A stretch of DNA of 46,256 nucleotides. Source: a virus (lineage: Duplodnaviria; Caudoviricetes). The translations under genes and the position numbers were made by a program. The notes beneath the pieces were generated by a model, which was not told where the DNA came from, made no database searches, and worked only from the letters and a program-made list of their open reading frames with translations. Shown here one piece after another: positions 1 to 7,324 of the stretch; position 1 is the first letter of the stretch; each line of letters opens with the position of its first letter. The DNA lies in the IMG/VR virus record IMGVR_UViG_3300037511_000147, positions 1-46,256 of that record. The stretch is one strand, 5' to 3'.

Positions 1-11
1 CTCGGCAAGAC
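1..11 (+). repeat. Terminal 11-bp overlap with 46246..46256 (assembly circularisation)
   Basis: CTCGGCAAGAC at both 1..11 and 46246..46256; the reading frame LGKT continues across the join. Confidence 0.85.
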
Positions 12-198
12 CATCTGGTCTGCGATCGTAGGCGATCCGGAGAAGGGCGTCCCGAGCATCATCACCCAGGCGCAGGGGCGTCCGACGCTGGTTCGCGACT
101 TCGATGCGCGGCCGGAACTCGCCCCGCAGCCGGTCAGCTTCGAGCTGCGCCCGGTCAGTGAAGAGTTCAAGCAAGATGCCGCGGCGGGGTTACTGTGA
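1..198 (+). CDS. C-terminal part of DUF2800/Cas4-like PD-(D/E)xK exonuclease (continues from 45115..46256)
   Basis: Frame 1 reads LGKTIWSAIVGDPEKGVPSIITQAQGRPTLVRDFDARPE...DAAAGLL*; the G-x-P-T-L-V motif is typical of DUF2800 C-termini. Confidence 0.85.
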   Translation, partial: LGKTIWSAIVGDPEKGVPSIITQAQGRPTLVRDFDARPELAPQPVSFELRPVSEEFKQDAAAGLL

Positions 199-374
199 GC
201 AAACGCCAACCCGTGCAAGGTCAGGCCGTTACATACTGCGTCTGCGGCGAGTGGTTCGCGTCGGCGCGCGACGAGCGCGAACACCAGAATGAATGCCCGG
301 GACCGCGCGAGCGCAAGGCCGAGCCGCAGAAACCGGCCGGCATCTGGCGCAACGGCGCGAGGGTGAAGCCGTGA
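195..374 (+). CDS. Small zinc-finger-like protein (59 aa)
   Basis: GTGA overlaps with both neighbours; YCVCGEWFASARDEREHQNEC is a C-x-C...F...H-x3-C pattern. Too short for the ORF track. Confidence 0.6.
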   Translation: MSKRQPVQGQAVTYCVCGEWFASARDEREHQNECPGPRERKAEPQKPAGIWRNGARVKP

Positions 375-640
375 CGCGATTCATCGGCGGCCCGCTGGAC
401 GGGCAGAATATCCATGTGTCGGAGAACCGGAGCTACTACGAGATCGCCAAGATTCCGCGTTTCAGCCTCAAGGAGATGCAGGAGTGTATGGTGCGCGGCT
501 CGCCGGAACCGCAACATATCAGCGTGCACCGCTACGAAAAGCAGCGGCTCGCCGGAACCGTCTTCGCGTTCGTGCTGGCCGGCACTACGCCAGAGCAAAT
601 GTTGTCGCGGTTGTTGCAATACTACTCGCCGCCGACGTAA
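371..640 (+). CDS. Hypothetical phage protein (FxGGPxDG family)
   Basis: GTG start coupled to the upstream stop; N-terminal RFIGGPLDG motif is common in small phage proteins. Confidence 0.65.
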   Translation: MTRFIGGPLDGQNIHVSENRSYYEIAKIPRFSLKEMQECMVRGSPEPQHISVHRYEKQRLAGTVFAFVLAGTTPEQMLSRLLQYYSPPT

Positions 641-718
641 GATTTTCACCGGTTCGGCGACACGGACGTCCCGATCCACCAACTGTCCGATGTGGATGTA
701 ACTTGGAGATTTGACGCT

Positions 719-1447
719 ATGGCCGACTCACCGAATGTGAATGCGCGAAAGGTTCTGACCGTCTCGGGAATCCTGAACTGGGTTTTCCTTGCTCAGCCCT
801 ACCAGTCGAAGAAGTACCCCAACCAAGCCCCCCGCTACAAGACGCAGGTAATGCTGAACCCGCTCGCGCCGGCCGATGCCGCCGAAATCGAGAAGGTGAA
901 GCTCGCCCAGCGCGAGGTCGCCGCCGCTACCTGGGGCGACAACTGGCAGCAGGTTCTGGCACGCATGGGCGCCAAGGATGAACTCGTCCTGCACAACGGC
1001 GACCTGCAGCAGGACGACAACGCCAAAGGTATGGTGATCCTCAACGCTGCCGTGAAGAAGCCGCCGGCCACCCTGGTCACGCTCGGCGGTGGTGCACTCA
1101 AAGCTGCGATTGCAGCGAACCCGAATGCGGATTGGGCAAAGAAGGCGCTGGCCGATAACGCGCAGGCCGCCAACGTGCCGACCGCGCCTGGTCACCCGAT
1201 GTACCCGTACAGCGGCTGCCGCGGCGCTGTGATGTTCGAGCTCTACGTGTACAACAAAGAATCCTTCGTGTGCCAGCTCATGGGCGTGCAGTTTTTGGAG
1301 CACGGCAAGCCGTTCGCCGGTGGCGGTGGTGGCCGCATCGCGCGCGTGGACGAGTTCGGCATCAATCCGACTGACGCCGATGCCGCGATCCCGATGTCGC
1401 AGGCTGATACCGGTGCGGGTGCGGGCGCTGCAAGCGGACTGTTCTGA
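719..1447 (+). CDS. ssDNA-binding protein, DUF2815 / T7 gp2.5-like
   Basis: GGAG RBS before ATG 719; motifs PYSGCRG and LMGVQFLEHGKPFAGGG; flexible acidic tail ending in F; canonical position between DUF2800 and PolA. Confidence 0.85.
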   Translation: MADSPNVNARKVLTVSGILNWVFLAQPYQSKKYPNQAPRYKTQVMLNPLAPADAAEIEKVKLAQREVAAATWGDNWQQVLARMGAKDELVLHNGDLQQDDNAKGMVILNAAVKKPPATLVTLGGGALKAAIAANPNADWAKKALADNAQAANVPTAPGHPMYPYSGCRGAVMFELYVYNKESFVCQLMGVQFLEHGKPFAGGGGGRIARVDEFGINPTDADAAIPMSQADTGAGAGAASGLF

Positions 1448-1452
1448 CCCTG

Positions 1453-1513
1453 ACACCCTCGCCGTCGTACCTAGCGACAAATCGGTCGGTACGGCGGGCG
1501 GCGAGGGTGTTTT
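1453..1513 (+). terminator. Long GC hairpin with T-tract after the SSB gene (rho-independent terminator or attenuator)
   Basis: ACACCCTCGCCG pairs with CGGCGAGGGTGT, with an inner TCGTACC/GGTACGG stem, followed by TTTT. Confidence 0.65.
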
Positions 1514-1538
1514 CTGGAGTGCCGGAATCCTTGACTCG

Positions 1539-3791
1539 ATGGCAATAGAGTGCATTTTTGACTTCGAGACACGGAGCCCCGAGCCGATCAGCTACGGGAC
1601 CGACCGATACACTACGAAGTCAGAGCCGCTGCTGCTCACGTGGGGGCTCCTCGATACGGAGCTCGCGCTCGACCACTCGAAGCAATATCAGAGTGTCGAG
1701 CTCCACGACTGGACTCAGACCGACGACCCGCAGCTGCCGCGCGAGTTCGAGTACATCCTCCAGCAGAAAGACGTCCCGCTGGTAGCGCATAATGCTCCCT
1801 TCGATCGGGCGCAATTCCTGGGTCCGCTGCGCCTGTGGACGCCCTACCTGCCCGTAACTCGCTTCCGGTGCACCCGCGCACAGGCGTACGCGCACGGCCT
1901 GCCTGGCGCCCTGGAAGCGCTCCCTGGCGTACTCGGTCTGCCGCCCGAGACGGCGAAGTTCGCCGACGACGGGCACCGGCTGATTCAGCTCTTCTGCGTC
2001 CCGCGGGCGGTCGACAAGCAGACCGGCGCGCCGCTGTGGCACAGCCGCCATACGCACCCCGCTGAGTGGCTGGAGTTTTGCAATTACGCCAAGCAGGACA
2101 CACGTAGCCTGCGCGCCGTGCGCCGCGCCCTGCCGCGAATAAACTACGAAGGCGAGCACCTCGAAACCTGGTGGCTCGATCAGATGATCAACAATCGAGG
2201 CTTCGGCTTCGACAGTGAGCTAGCCGAGGCCGCGCGCCGGCTGCTGGACGCATCCAAGGCGGAGCTCCGCCGCGACGTCGGCGACGCCACCGGCGGCGCG
2301 GTGGAGTCACCCACCCAGCGCACGCGGCTTCTGGCGTGGCTTGAAGCCAAAGGCTTCGAGGTACCCAACCTGCGCGCGGCCACCATTCGGGAGATGCTCG
2401 ACGCCGACGACCTCGATCCCATGGTCCGGTTCGTGCTCGAATCGCGACTTGAGGCCGCGAAGGCGTCCGGCGCCAAATACGGGCGCGGGCTTAGCATGCA
2501 GGTTGGTGGCCGGCTGCGACACACCATCCAATTCTCCGGCGCCGGCCGCTCCGGGCGGTTCTCGCACAAGGGATTCCAGCCGGGCAACATGGCGCGGCCG
2601 GTCTCCAACGGGGCCGGCAAGAAAGCCGGGACGACGGTCCCGGTGCCGGCGGAGTTCTGTCTTGATGTGCTCGTGCCGGGTATCCTGCGCGGCGACGTCC
2701 TTAAGAATCCGATGCTGTACGACCGACCGCACACCGCATGCGCCAACGCGCTCCGCTGCGCCATCATCGCCGCGCCCGGCAATGAGCTGATAGATCGCGA
2801 CTACTCCGGTATCGAGGCACGCGGCGCGGCATGGCTGGCAGAGGAGGGCTGGCTGCTAGATGCGTATCACGCTCAGGATCGAGGGGAGGGTGCCGACAGC
2901 TACAAGCAACTGGTGTCGCGCTTCTTCGGGATCCCCATCGAGGAGGTCGACAACCATCTGCGCCAGGTCGGTAAGGTCGTGCGCCTGAGCTTCCAGTACG
3001 GTGCCGGCGTCGGCGGCCTCGTGACAATGGCGGCGAATTACAACATGGATCTGGATGCGCTCGTTCCGATAATCCTGCCGCGCGCGACGCCGGAGCAGCT
3101 TAAGAAAGCCGCCAAGATGTGGCGTAAGGCGTTCTTCGCCGGGCTCGACTTCGGGCTCGCGCCGGACACTTATCGGGTGTGCGACGTCCTCAAACAGATG
3201 TATCGCGAAGCTGAGAAGCGCGTCACACAAGTCCGCTACGACATCGATGAAGCTGTCGGCAACGCCATGGAGAACCCCGGGCAGCCGTTCAAGGCGGCGC
3301 GCTCTACCTTCTTCCGGACATCGAGCAACCTGACGATTGTGCTGCCGAGCGGCCGACGGCTGCTCTATTGGCGCCCTGAGTACATCTTGACGCGCGAGGT
3401 GGATCCGGAGACGTTGGAGGAGAAGAAACGTACCGTTCTCACGTTCATGACGCCGCGCGGAAAGAGCTGGGTCCGCGAAAAAACATGGAACGGGCTCTTT
3501 TTCAACAACATCGACCAAGGCATGTGCGCGGACATTCTGCGCAATGGAATGAAAGCGATTCACCGGGACACGTTGACGGTCGCCGCAGTGGCGCGCTACC
3601 TTCACACCCTACCACCAGAGCAACGCACCGCCATCGTTCTCCACGTGCACGACGCTGTAACTCTCGACGTCCCTGTCGGCTCCTACGATCCCGAGCGCAT
3701 GGATCACTGCATGGTGAGCGCCTCGCCGTGGGCCAAGGGTTTCCCTCTTGCAACTGACGGCTGGGTCGGGCCGAGGTACCACTACAAATGA
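1539..3791 (+). CDS. polA: DNA polymerase family A with 3'-5' exonuclease
   Basis: Exo motifs DFETRS, AHNAPFDR, YAKQD; pol motif A DYSGIEAR, motif B RQVGKVVRLSFQYG, motif C VHDA. Start placed at ATG 1539 (MAIECIFDFET). Confidence 0.95.
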   Translation: MAIECIFDFETRSPEPISYGTDRYTTKSEPLLLTWGLLDTELALDHSKQYQSVELHDWTQTDDPQLPREFEYILQQKDVPLVAHNAPFDRAQFLGPLRLWTPYLPVTRFRCTRAQAYAHGLPGALEALPGVLGLPPETAKFADDGHRLIQLFCVPRAVDKQTGAPLWHSRHTHPAEWLEFCNYAKQDTRSLRAVRRALPRINYEGEHLETWWLDQMINNRGFGFDSELAEAARRLLDASKAELRRDVGDATGGAVESPTQRTRLLAWLEAKGFEVPNLRAATIREMLDADDLDPMVRFVLESRLEAAKASGAKYGRGLSMQVGGRLRHTIQFSGAGRSGRFSHKGFQPGNMARPVSNGAGKKAGTTVPVPAEFCLDVLVPGILRGDVLKNPMLYDRPHTACANALRCAIIAAPGNELIDRDYSGIEARGAAWLAEEGWLLDAYHAQDRGEGADSYKQLVSRFFGIPIEEVDNHLRQVGKVVRLSFQYGAGVGGLVTMAANYNMDLDALVPIILPRATPEQLKKAAKMWRKAFFAGLDFGLAPDTYRVCDVLKQMYREAEKRVTQVRYDIDEAVGNAMENPGQPFKAARSTFFRTSSNLTIVLPSGRRLLYWRPEYILTREVDPETLEEKKRTVLTFMTPRGKSWVREKTWNGLFFNNIDQGMCADILRNGMKAIHRDTLTVAAVARYLHTLPPEQRTAIVLHVHDAVTLDVPVGSYDPERMDHCMVSASPWAKGFPLATDGWVGPRYHYK

Positions 3792-4159
3792 CAGCTCCGG
3801 AGCCAAAAGTCGGCGACAACTGGTTTCGCTACGACATCGTCGGCGAGAGCATTTTTCTCGGTTACTATGCGATCGTGCGACGCACGCCGGCCCGCGTGTA
3901 CTTCACCAACGGGGAGTCTGTGCTGCTGAGGGCTCGCAAGCAGTGGGCGTGCTCCACCATCGAACGGGCGCGCGAAGCGTTCATTCGCCGGAAAGAGCGA
4001 CAGATTCGCATCATGGAGCCGATGCTCGACCGCGCCCGCAAGGCGCTCGCTGCGGCGAAGGCGGACGGCTGGCCTGAGAAACCGGGCGAATGGCGAAACT
4101 TCGATAACAGCCCGTCGGAATTTACTTTCGTAGATTTGGAGCTGCCTGATGCCTCGTAA
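3788..4159 (+). CDS. Hypothetical protein
   Basis: ATGA overlap with the polymerase stop; IVRRTPARVY and AREAFIRRK resemble small phage beta-barrel proteins. Confidence 0.7.
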   Translation: MTAPEPKVGDNWFRYDIVGESIFLGYYAIVRRTPARVYFTNGESVLLRARKQWACSTIERAREAFIRRKERQIRIMEPMLDRARKALAAAKADGWPEKPGEWRNFDNSPSEFTFVDLELPDAS

Positions 4160-4370
4160 CCCTCCCGGAACAGTGAAGCGCGAAGCCCCTCCCGGCCCTG
4201 AGATGACCGCGGAAGAGTTCACCCGCGCCATGGAGCAGTTGCCTCGCAACGCCGCCCGCTGGCGCTTCCTGAAGCAGAACCTCTCTAGGGCGCTTACTCA
4301 GCCCCTGGAAATGTGGTCCGGCGCCGATCTGGAGCGATGGATCGATGAGCGTATGGCGGCAGAAAAATGA
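4149..4370 (+). CDS. Hypothetical protein
   Basis: Overlapping gene chain; contains NAARWRFLK, resembling the DAxRYRWL-type phage motif. Confidence 0.65.
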   Translation: MPRNPPGTVKREAPPGPEMTAEEFTRAMEQLPRNAARWRFLKQNLSRALTQPLEMWSGADLERWIDERMAAEK

Positions 4371-4537
4371 AGTTCTGGCGCCGTAAATACTGGCTTCACG
4401 GCCTCATGGCGGCGGATATAGCTGACGGCTGGAATACATGTTTCATCGCTCAGCGCCGCATCTTAATGCAGAAGCAACTGGCGATGACGCCTTGGCAGCG
4501 TCATTGGCAAACCTTAGCGGAGGCGCTTCGCAAATGA
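4367..4537 (+). CDS. Hypothetical protein (56 aa)
   Basis: ATGA overlap with the previous stop; MKFWRRKYWLHG...EALRK*. Confidence 0.5.
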   Translation: MKFWRRKYWLHGLMAADIADGWNTCFIAQRRILMQKQLAMTPWQRHWQTLAEALRK

Positions 4538-4603
4538 AGTTTCGTCGCTACCCGGACGGCTGCTACGCCGTCGTCAAATCAGGTTGGAGAGGACCCTGTG
4601 CCC

Positions 4604-4759
4604 ATGACAAGCCCACTGCTCGAAAACGCTTCCGTCGCTCCGGATTCATCGCCCGCGCCAATACTGGTGCGTGATTTTGAGCCGTGCCGACGAGATGCGG
4701 ACGGCTATTGTTACGCGTGCCAAGCCGACGCGATCGATTGGTGCCCTCAAGATGCTTGA
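4604..4759 (+). CDS. Small Cys-rich hypothetical protein (51 aa)
   Basis: GGAGAGG upstream; PCRRDADGYCYACQADAIDWC; overlaps the VRR-NUC start. The competing ORF 4534..4674 is possible. Confidence 0.45.
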   Translation: MTSPLLENASVAPDSSPAPILVRDFEPCRRDADGYCYACQADAIDWCPQDA

Positions 4760-5081
4760 GTCATCCCTCGAAGACTATTTTCGCATGGCAGTGCTACGAA
4801 CCGGCCGCGGGCGCGCCGATAAAACGGTCGACCTTACGCGCATCGGCGCACCGGATCGCGAGGTGCAGTGGCACGGGATGGGGCTCGACAAGGTTGAATT
4901 GAAACAGCTCGGGAAGAAGCCTGAGCCGCATCAAACGCGGTACCACCAGTATCTGGCTACGTGCTGTGTGCCAGTGTACCTGATCGACAGCAAGGAAAAG
5001 GTGGACCTGTACATCGCCGCGCGTAGTGCCGGTAAGCACTATCCACCGCTCTTTTCCGTACCCTGCGACTTCATCAAATGA
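4752..5081 (+). CDS. VRR-NUC domain nuclease
   Basis: MLESSLE start, GAPDR, VELKQLGKKPEPHQ and VYLIDSKEKVD match the VRR-NUC pattern; lies directly upstream of the SNF2 helicase. Confidence 0.85.
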   Translation: MLESSLEDYFRMAVLRTGRGRADKTVDLTRIGAPDREVQWHGMGLDKVELKQLGKKPEPHQTRYHQYLATCCVPVYLIDSKEKVDLYIAARSAGKHYPPLFSVPCDFIK

Positions 5082-6628
5082 CCGAAAAACGCCGATTCGA
5101 GCCGCGGCCGTACCAGCGCACCGCGGCGCGGTTCCTGCTGGACGTGAAGCGTGCCAACCTCTGGGCGAAACCCGGCATGGGCAAGACCTCCACGGTGTAT
5201 GCAACGCTCGACATCCTTAAGCTCGCGAGTTCCAGCTTTTTTCCCGCGCTCGTTCTGGCGCCGCTGCGCGTCGCGCAGCTCGTATGGCCCGGCGAGCAGC
5301 GGAAGTGGCACGACTTCCAAGGGATGAAGGTCGCGACGATCCTGGGGACCGCGGCCGAGCGCGAAGAGGCGCTCCTTCGCACCGGCTGCGATATCTTCGT
5401 GGTGAACTACGACAACATCCCATGGCTTGTCGAGCGACTCGGTAGCAAATGGCCGTTCCGGATCATCTGTGCGGACGAGTCCACCAAGATAAAGAGCTTC
5501 CGCGGCTGTCTGGAGCGCGATCCGCCGCACCGCTTGAAGCTGAACGGGAAGGGCGGCAAGCGCTCCGCCGCGCTCGCGCACATCGCACAGAATACCGGCC
5601 GATGGATGAATTTAACCGGCACGCCGGCGACAAACGGTCTGCTCGACCTGTGGGGGCAGCAGTGGTTTATCGACTACGGCCAGCGGCTGGGGCGCACGTT
5701 CAGCGACTACAAGAAACGCTTCTTCATGCAGGATCCGTACACCGGCATCACGTCGGCGCAGCTCGGCGCGGAGCCGTTGATCCACCAGTTGCTGGCCGAT
5801 TGCACGATGGCGCTTCGGCCGGAGGACTGGCTGCCGATCCAACAGCCGATCACGACGCGCGTCGAAGTCGAGATGCCGCCAGAGGCCGCCAAGGTTTACC
5901 GCAAGATGGAGCGGGAATACTTCATCGAAGTGGGCGCGGTGAAAACAGAGGTGGAGGCGGCAAACGCGCTCGCGAAGTCCGCTAAGCTCCTCCAGCTAGC
6001 GGTCGGCGCGGTGTACGACGCTGAGAAGCATGTACACCACGTGCATGACGCCAAGCTAGACGCGCTCGAAGATGTTGTTGAAGAGTGCGGCGGTGAACCC
6101 ATCCTCGTCGGGTTTTACTTCCGGTTCGACGTCGCGCGGATCAAAGCCCGCTTCCCTCAGGCGCGCGAGATCCGCACGGAACAGGACGTCGCCGACTGGA
6201 ATGCAGGGAAAATACCTATCGGGCTCGCCCACCCGGCGAGCCTCGGGCACGGGCAAAACTTGCAAGATGGCGGGCGCATCGTTGTATTCTATTCGCATAC
6301 GTGGGATTTGGAGCTCCGGCTCCAGTTCATCGAGCGCGTCGGACCCACCCGTCAGGCGCAAGCCGGCTACAAGCGATCGGTGTTGATCTACGATCTGATG
6401 ACGCGTGGAACGATCGAGCGGGAAGTGTTGATGCGACACGAAAAGAAACTCTCGATTCAGGAGGCGCTGATGCTCGCCCGTGCGACACGGCAAGCTGACA
6501 TGGTGACAGATGTAGAGCTCGCCGCACTCGCTGCTCATGAAGCGGCGCGTCAGCTAAGTCCGTACGAACAGCTCGATTTGAAGCATCTGCGCGAAAACCG
6601 GCTCGGAGCCGCTGCAGGACTGATTTAA
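5078..6628 (+). CDS. SNF2-like superfamily 2 helicase
   Basis: PRPYQ, PGMGKT (Walker A), ADEST (motif II), LTGTP, GHGQNLQ, QFIERVG. Confidence 0.93.
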   Translation: MTEKRRFEPRPYQRTAARFLLDVKRANLWAKPGMGKTSTVYATLDILKLASSSFFPALVLAPLRVAQLVWPGEQRKWHDFQGMKVATILGTAAEREEALLRTGCDIFVVNYDNIPWLVERLGSKWPFRIICADESTKIKSFRGCLERDPPHRLKLNGKGGKRSAALAHIAQNTGRWMNLTGTPATNGLLDLWGQQWFIDYGQRLGRTFSDYKKRFFMQDPYTGITSAQLGAEPLIHQLLADCTMALRPEDWLPIQQPITTRVEVEMPPEAAKVYRKMEREYFIEVGAVKTEVEAANALAKSAKLLQLAVGAVYDAEKHVHHVHDAKLDALEDVVEECGGEPILVGFYFRFDVARIKARFPQAREIRTEQDVADWNAGKIPIGLAHPASLGHGQNLQDGGRIVVFYSHTWDLELRLQFIERVGPTRQAQAGYKRSVLIYDLMTRGTIEREVLMRHEKKLSIQEALMLARATRQADMVTDVELAALAAHEAARQLSPYEQLDLKHLRENRLGAAAGLI

Positions 6629-6650
6629 TCAACCGACGAGGATCATTACG

Positions 6651-6869
6651 ATGGAAGGCAAAGATATCTCCAGCGAGCTGTGGCGTGAGTACGACTTCGG
6701 CGGTCGCGTGTACCGCATCGAATCCCCAAAATTGCTCTTCACGCGCCCAGGCGGGACGACTCACCGGGTGGTTGACGCTGACGATGTTGCGCACTGTGTA
6801 CCGGCGCCTGGTCAAAATGGGTGCGTATTGCGCTGGACCGGCAAGAGCGGACACGGCGTTACGTTTTGA
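6651..6869 (+). CDS. Conserved small phage protein
   Basis: GAGG RBS; DISSELWREYDF...THRVVD...HCVP pattern seen in small phage proteins. Confidence 0.75.
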   Translation: MEGKDISSELWREYDFGGRVYRIESPKLLFTRPGGTTHRVVDADDVAHCVPAPGQNGCVLRWTGKSGHGVTF

Positions 6870-7324
6870 TGATCTACTGGCAGCGCGTCGCAAAGTTCGA
6901 CGCGCGATGCGCCGCGCTCGCCGATCGTCACTACTCACGTCGCACTGTGGGAAGCCCACAATTCATGCCGCCCGGACAGACGGTTGTTCTCTGGCTCCCG
7001 GGAGCTGTGTTCGGCTGGTGGCGCCCGGATCCAGCTAGCGGAATACAGGCGATGAACGGCCTGGACGGTTGGACGTGCACTATATTCAGAAACGAGAGCG
7101 GTATGCGCTCAAGTGACTTGATTCTCGACGCTGAATTGGCGATAAGCGAGGCCGGTTACGCGTGTGGGCCGTCTGGATTCATTACGTATGTGTGGGACCG
7201 CAAAGTACGTTCTGTGAATCCCGGAGCTTGCTTTAAGCGGGCCGGGTGGAAACGCACCGGCCGCAGCGCTGACGACAAAAAGACGCTCTTGCAGAAACCG
7301 TTTTGTCAGGCGGGGTTGATTTGA
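6869..7324 (+). CDS. Mom-like (GNAT-fold) putative DNA modification protein
   Basis: TGATG coupling; ADRHYS, IFRNE, ITYV...NPGACFKRAGW resemble the HY ... (V/I)(S/T)Y ... G..(Y/F)..AGW pattern of Mom-like proteins. Confidence 0.6.
   Translation: MIYWQRVAKFDARCAALADRHYSRRTVGSPQFMPPGQTVVLWLPGAVFGWWRPDPASGIQAMNGLDGWTCTIFRNESGMRSSDLILDAELAISEAGYACGPSGFITYVWDRKVRSVNPGACFKRAGWKRTGRSADDKKTLLQKPFCQAGLI

Noticed and set aside
1-11. Biological terminal repeat or att site
   Set aside because: It falls in the middle of a coding sequence that reads through the junction and is best explained as assembly overlap. No integrase was recognised.
1320-1538. N-terminal extension of the polymerase given by the ORF track
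   Set aside because: It overlaps the SSB gene and the terminator hairpin; the exonuclease motif begins right after ATG 1539.
2961-3002. Temperate lifestyle inferred from Leu at the PolA 762-equivalent position
   Set aside because: That association is only a correlation, and no integrase, repressor or partition genes were recognised.
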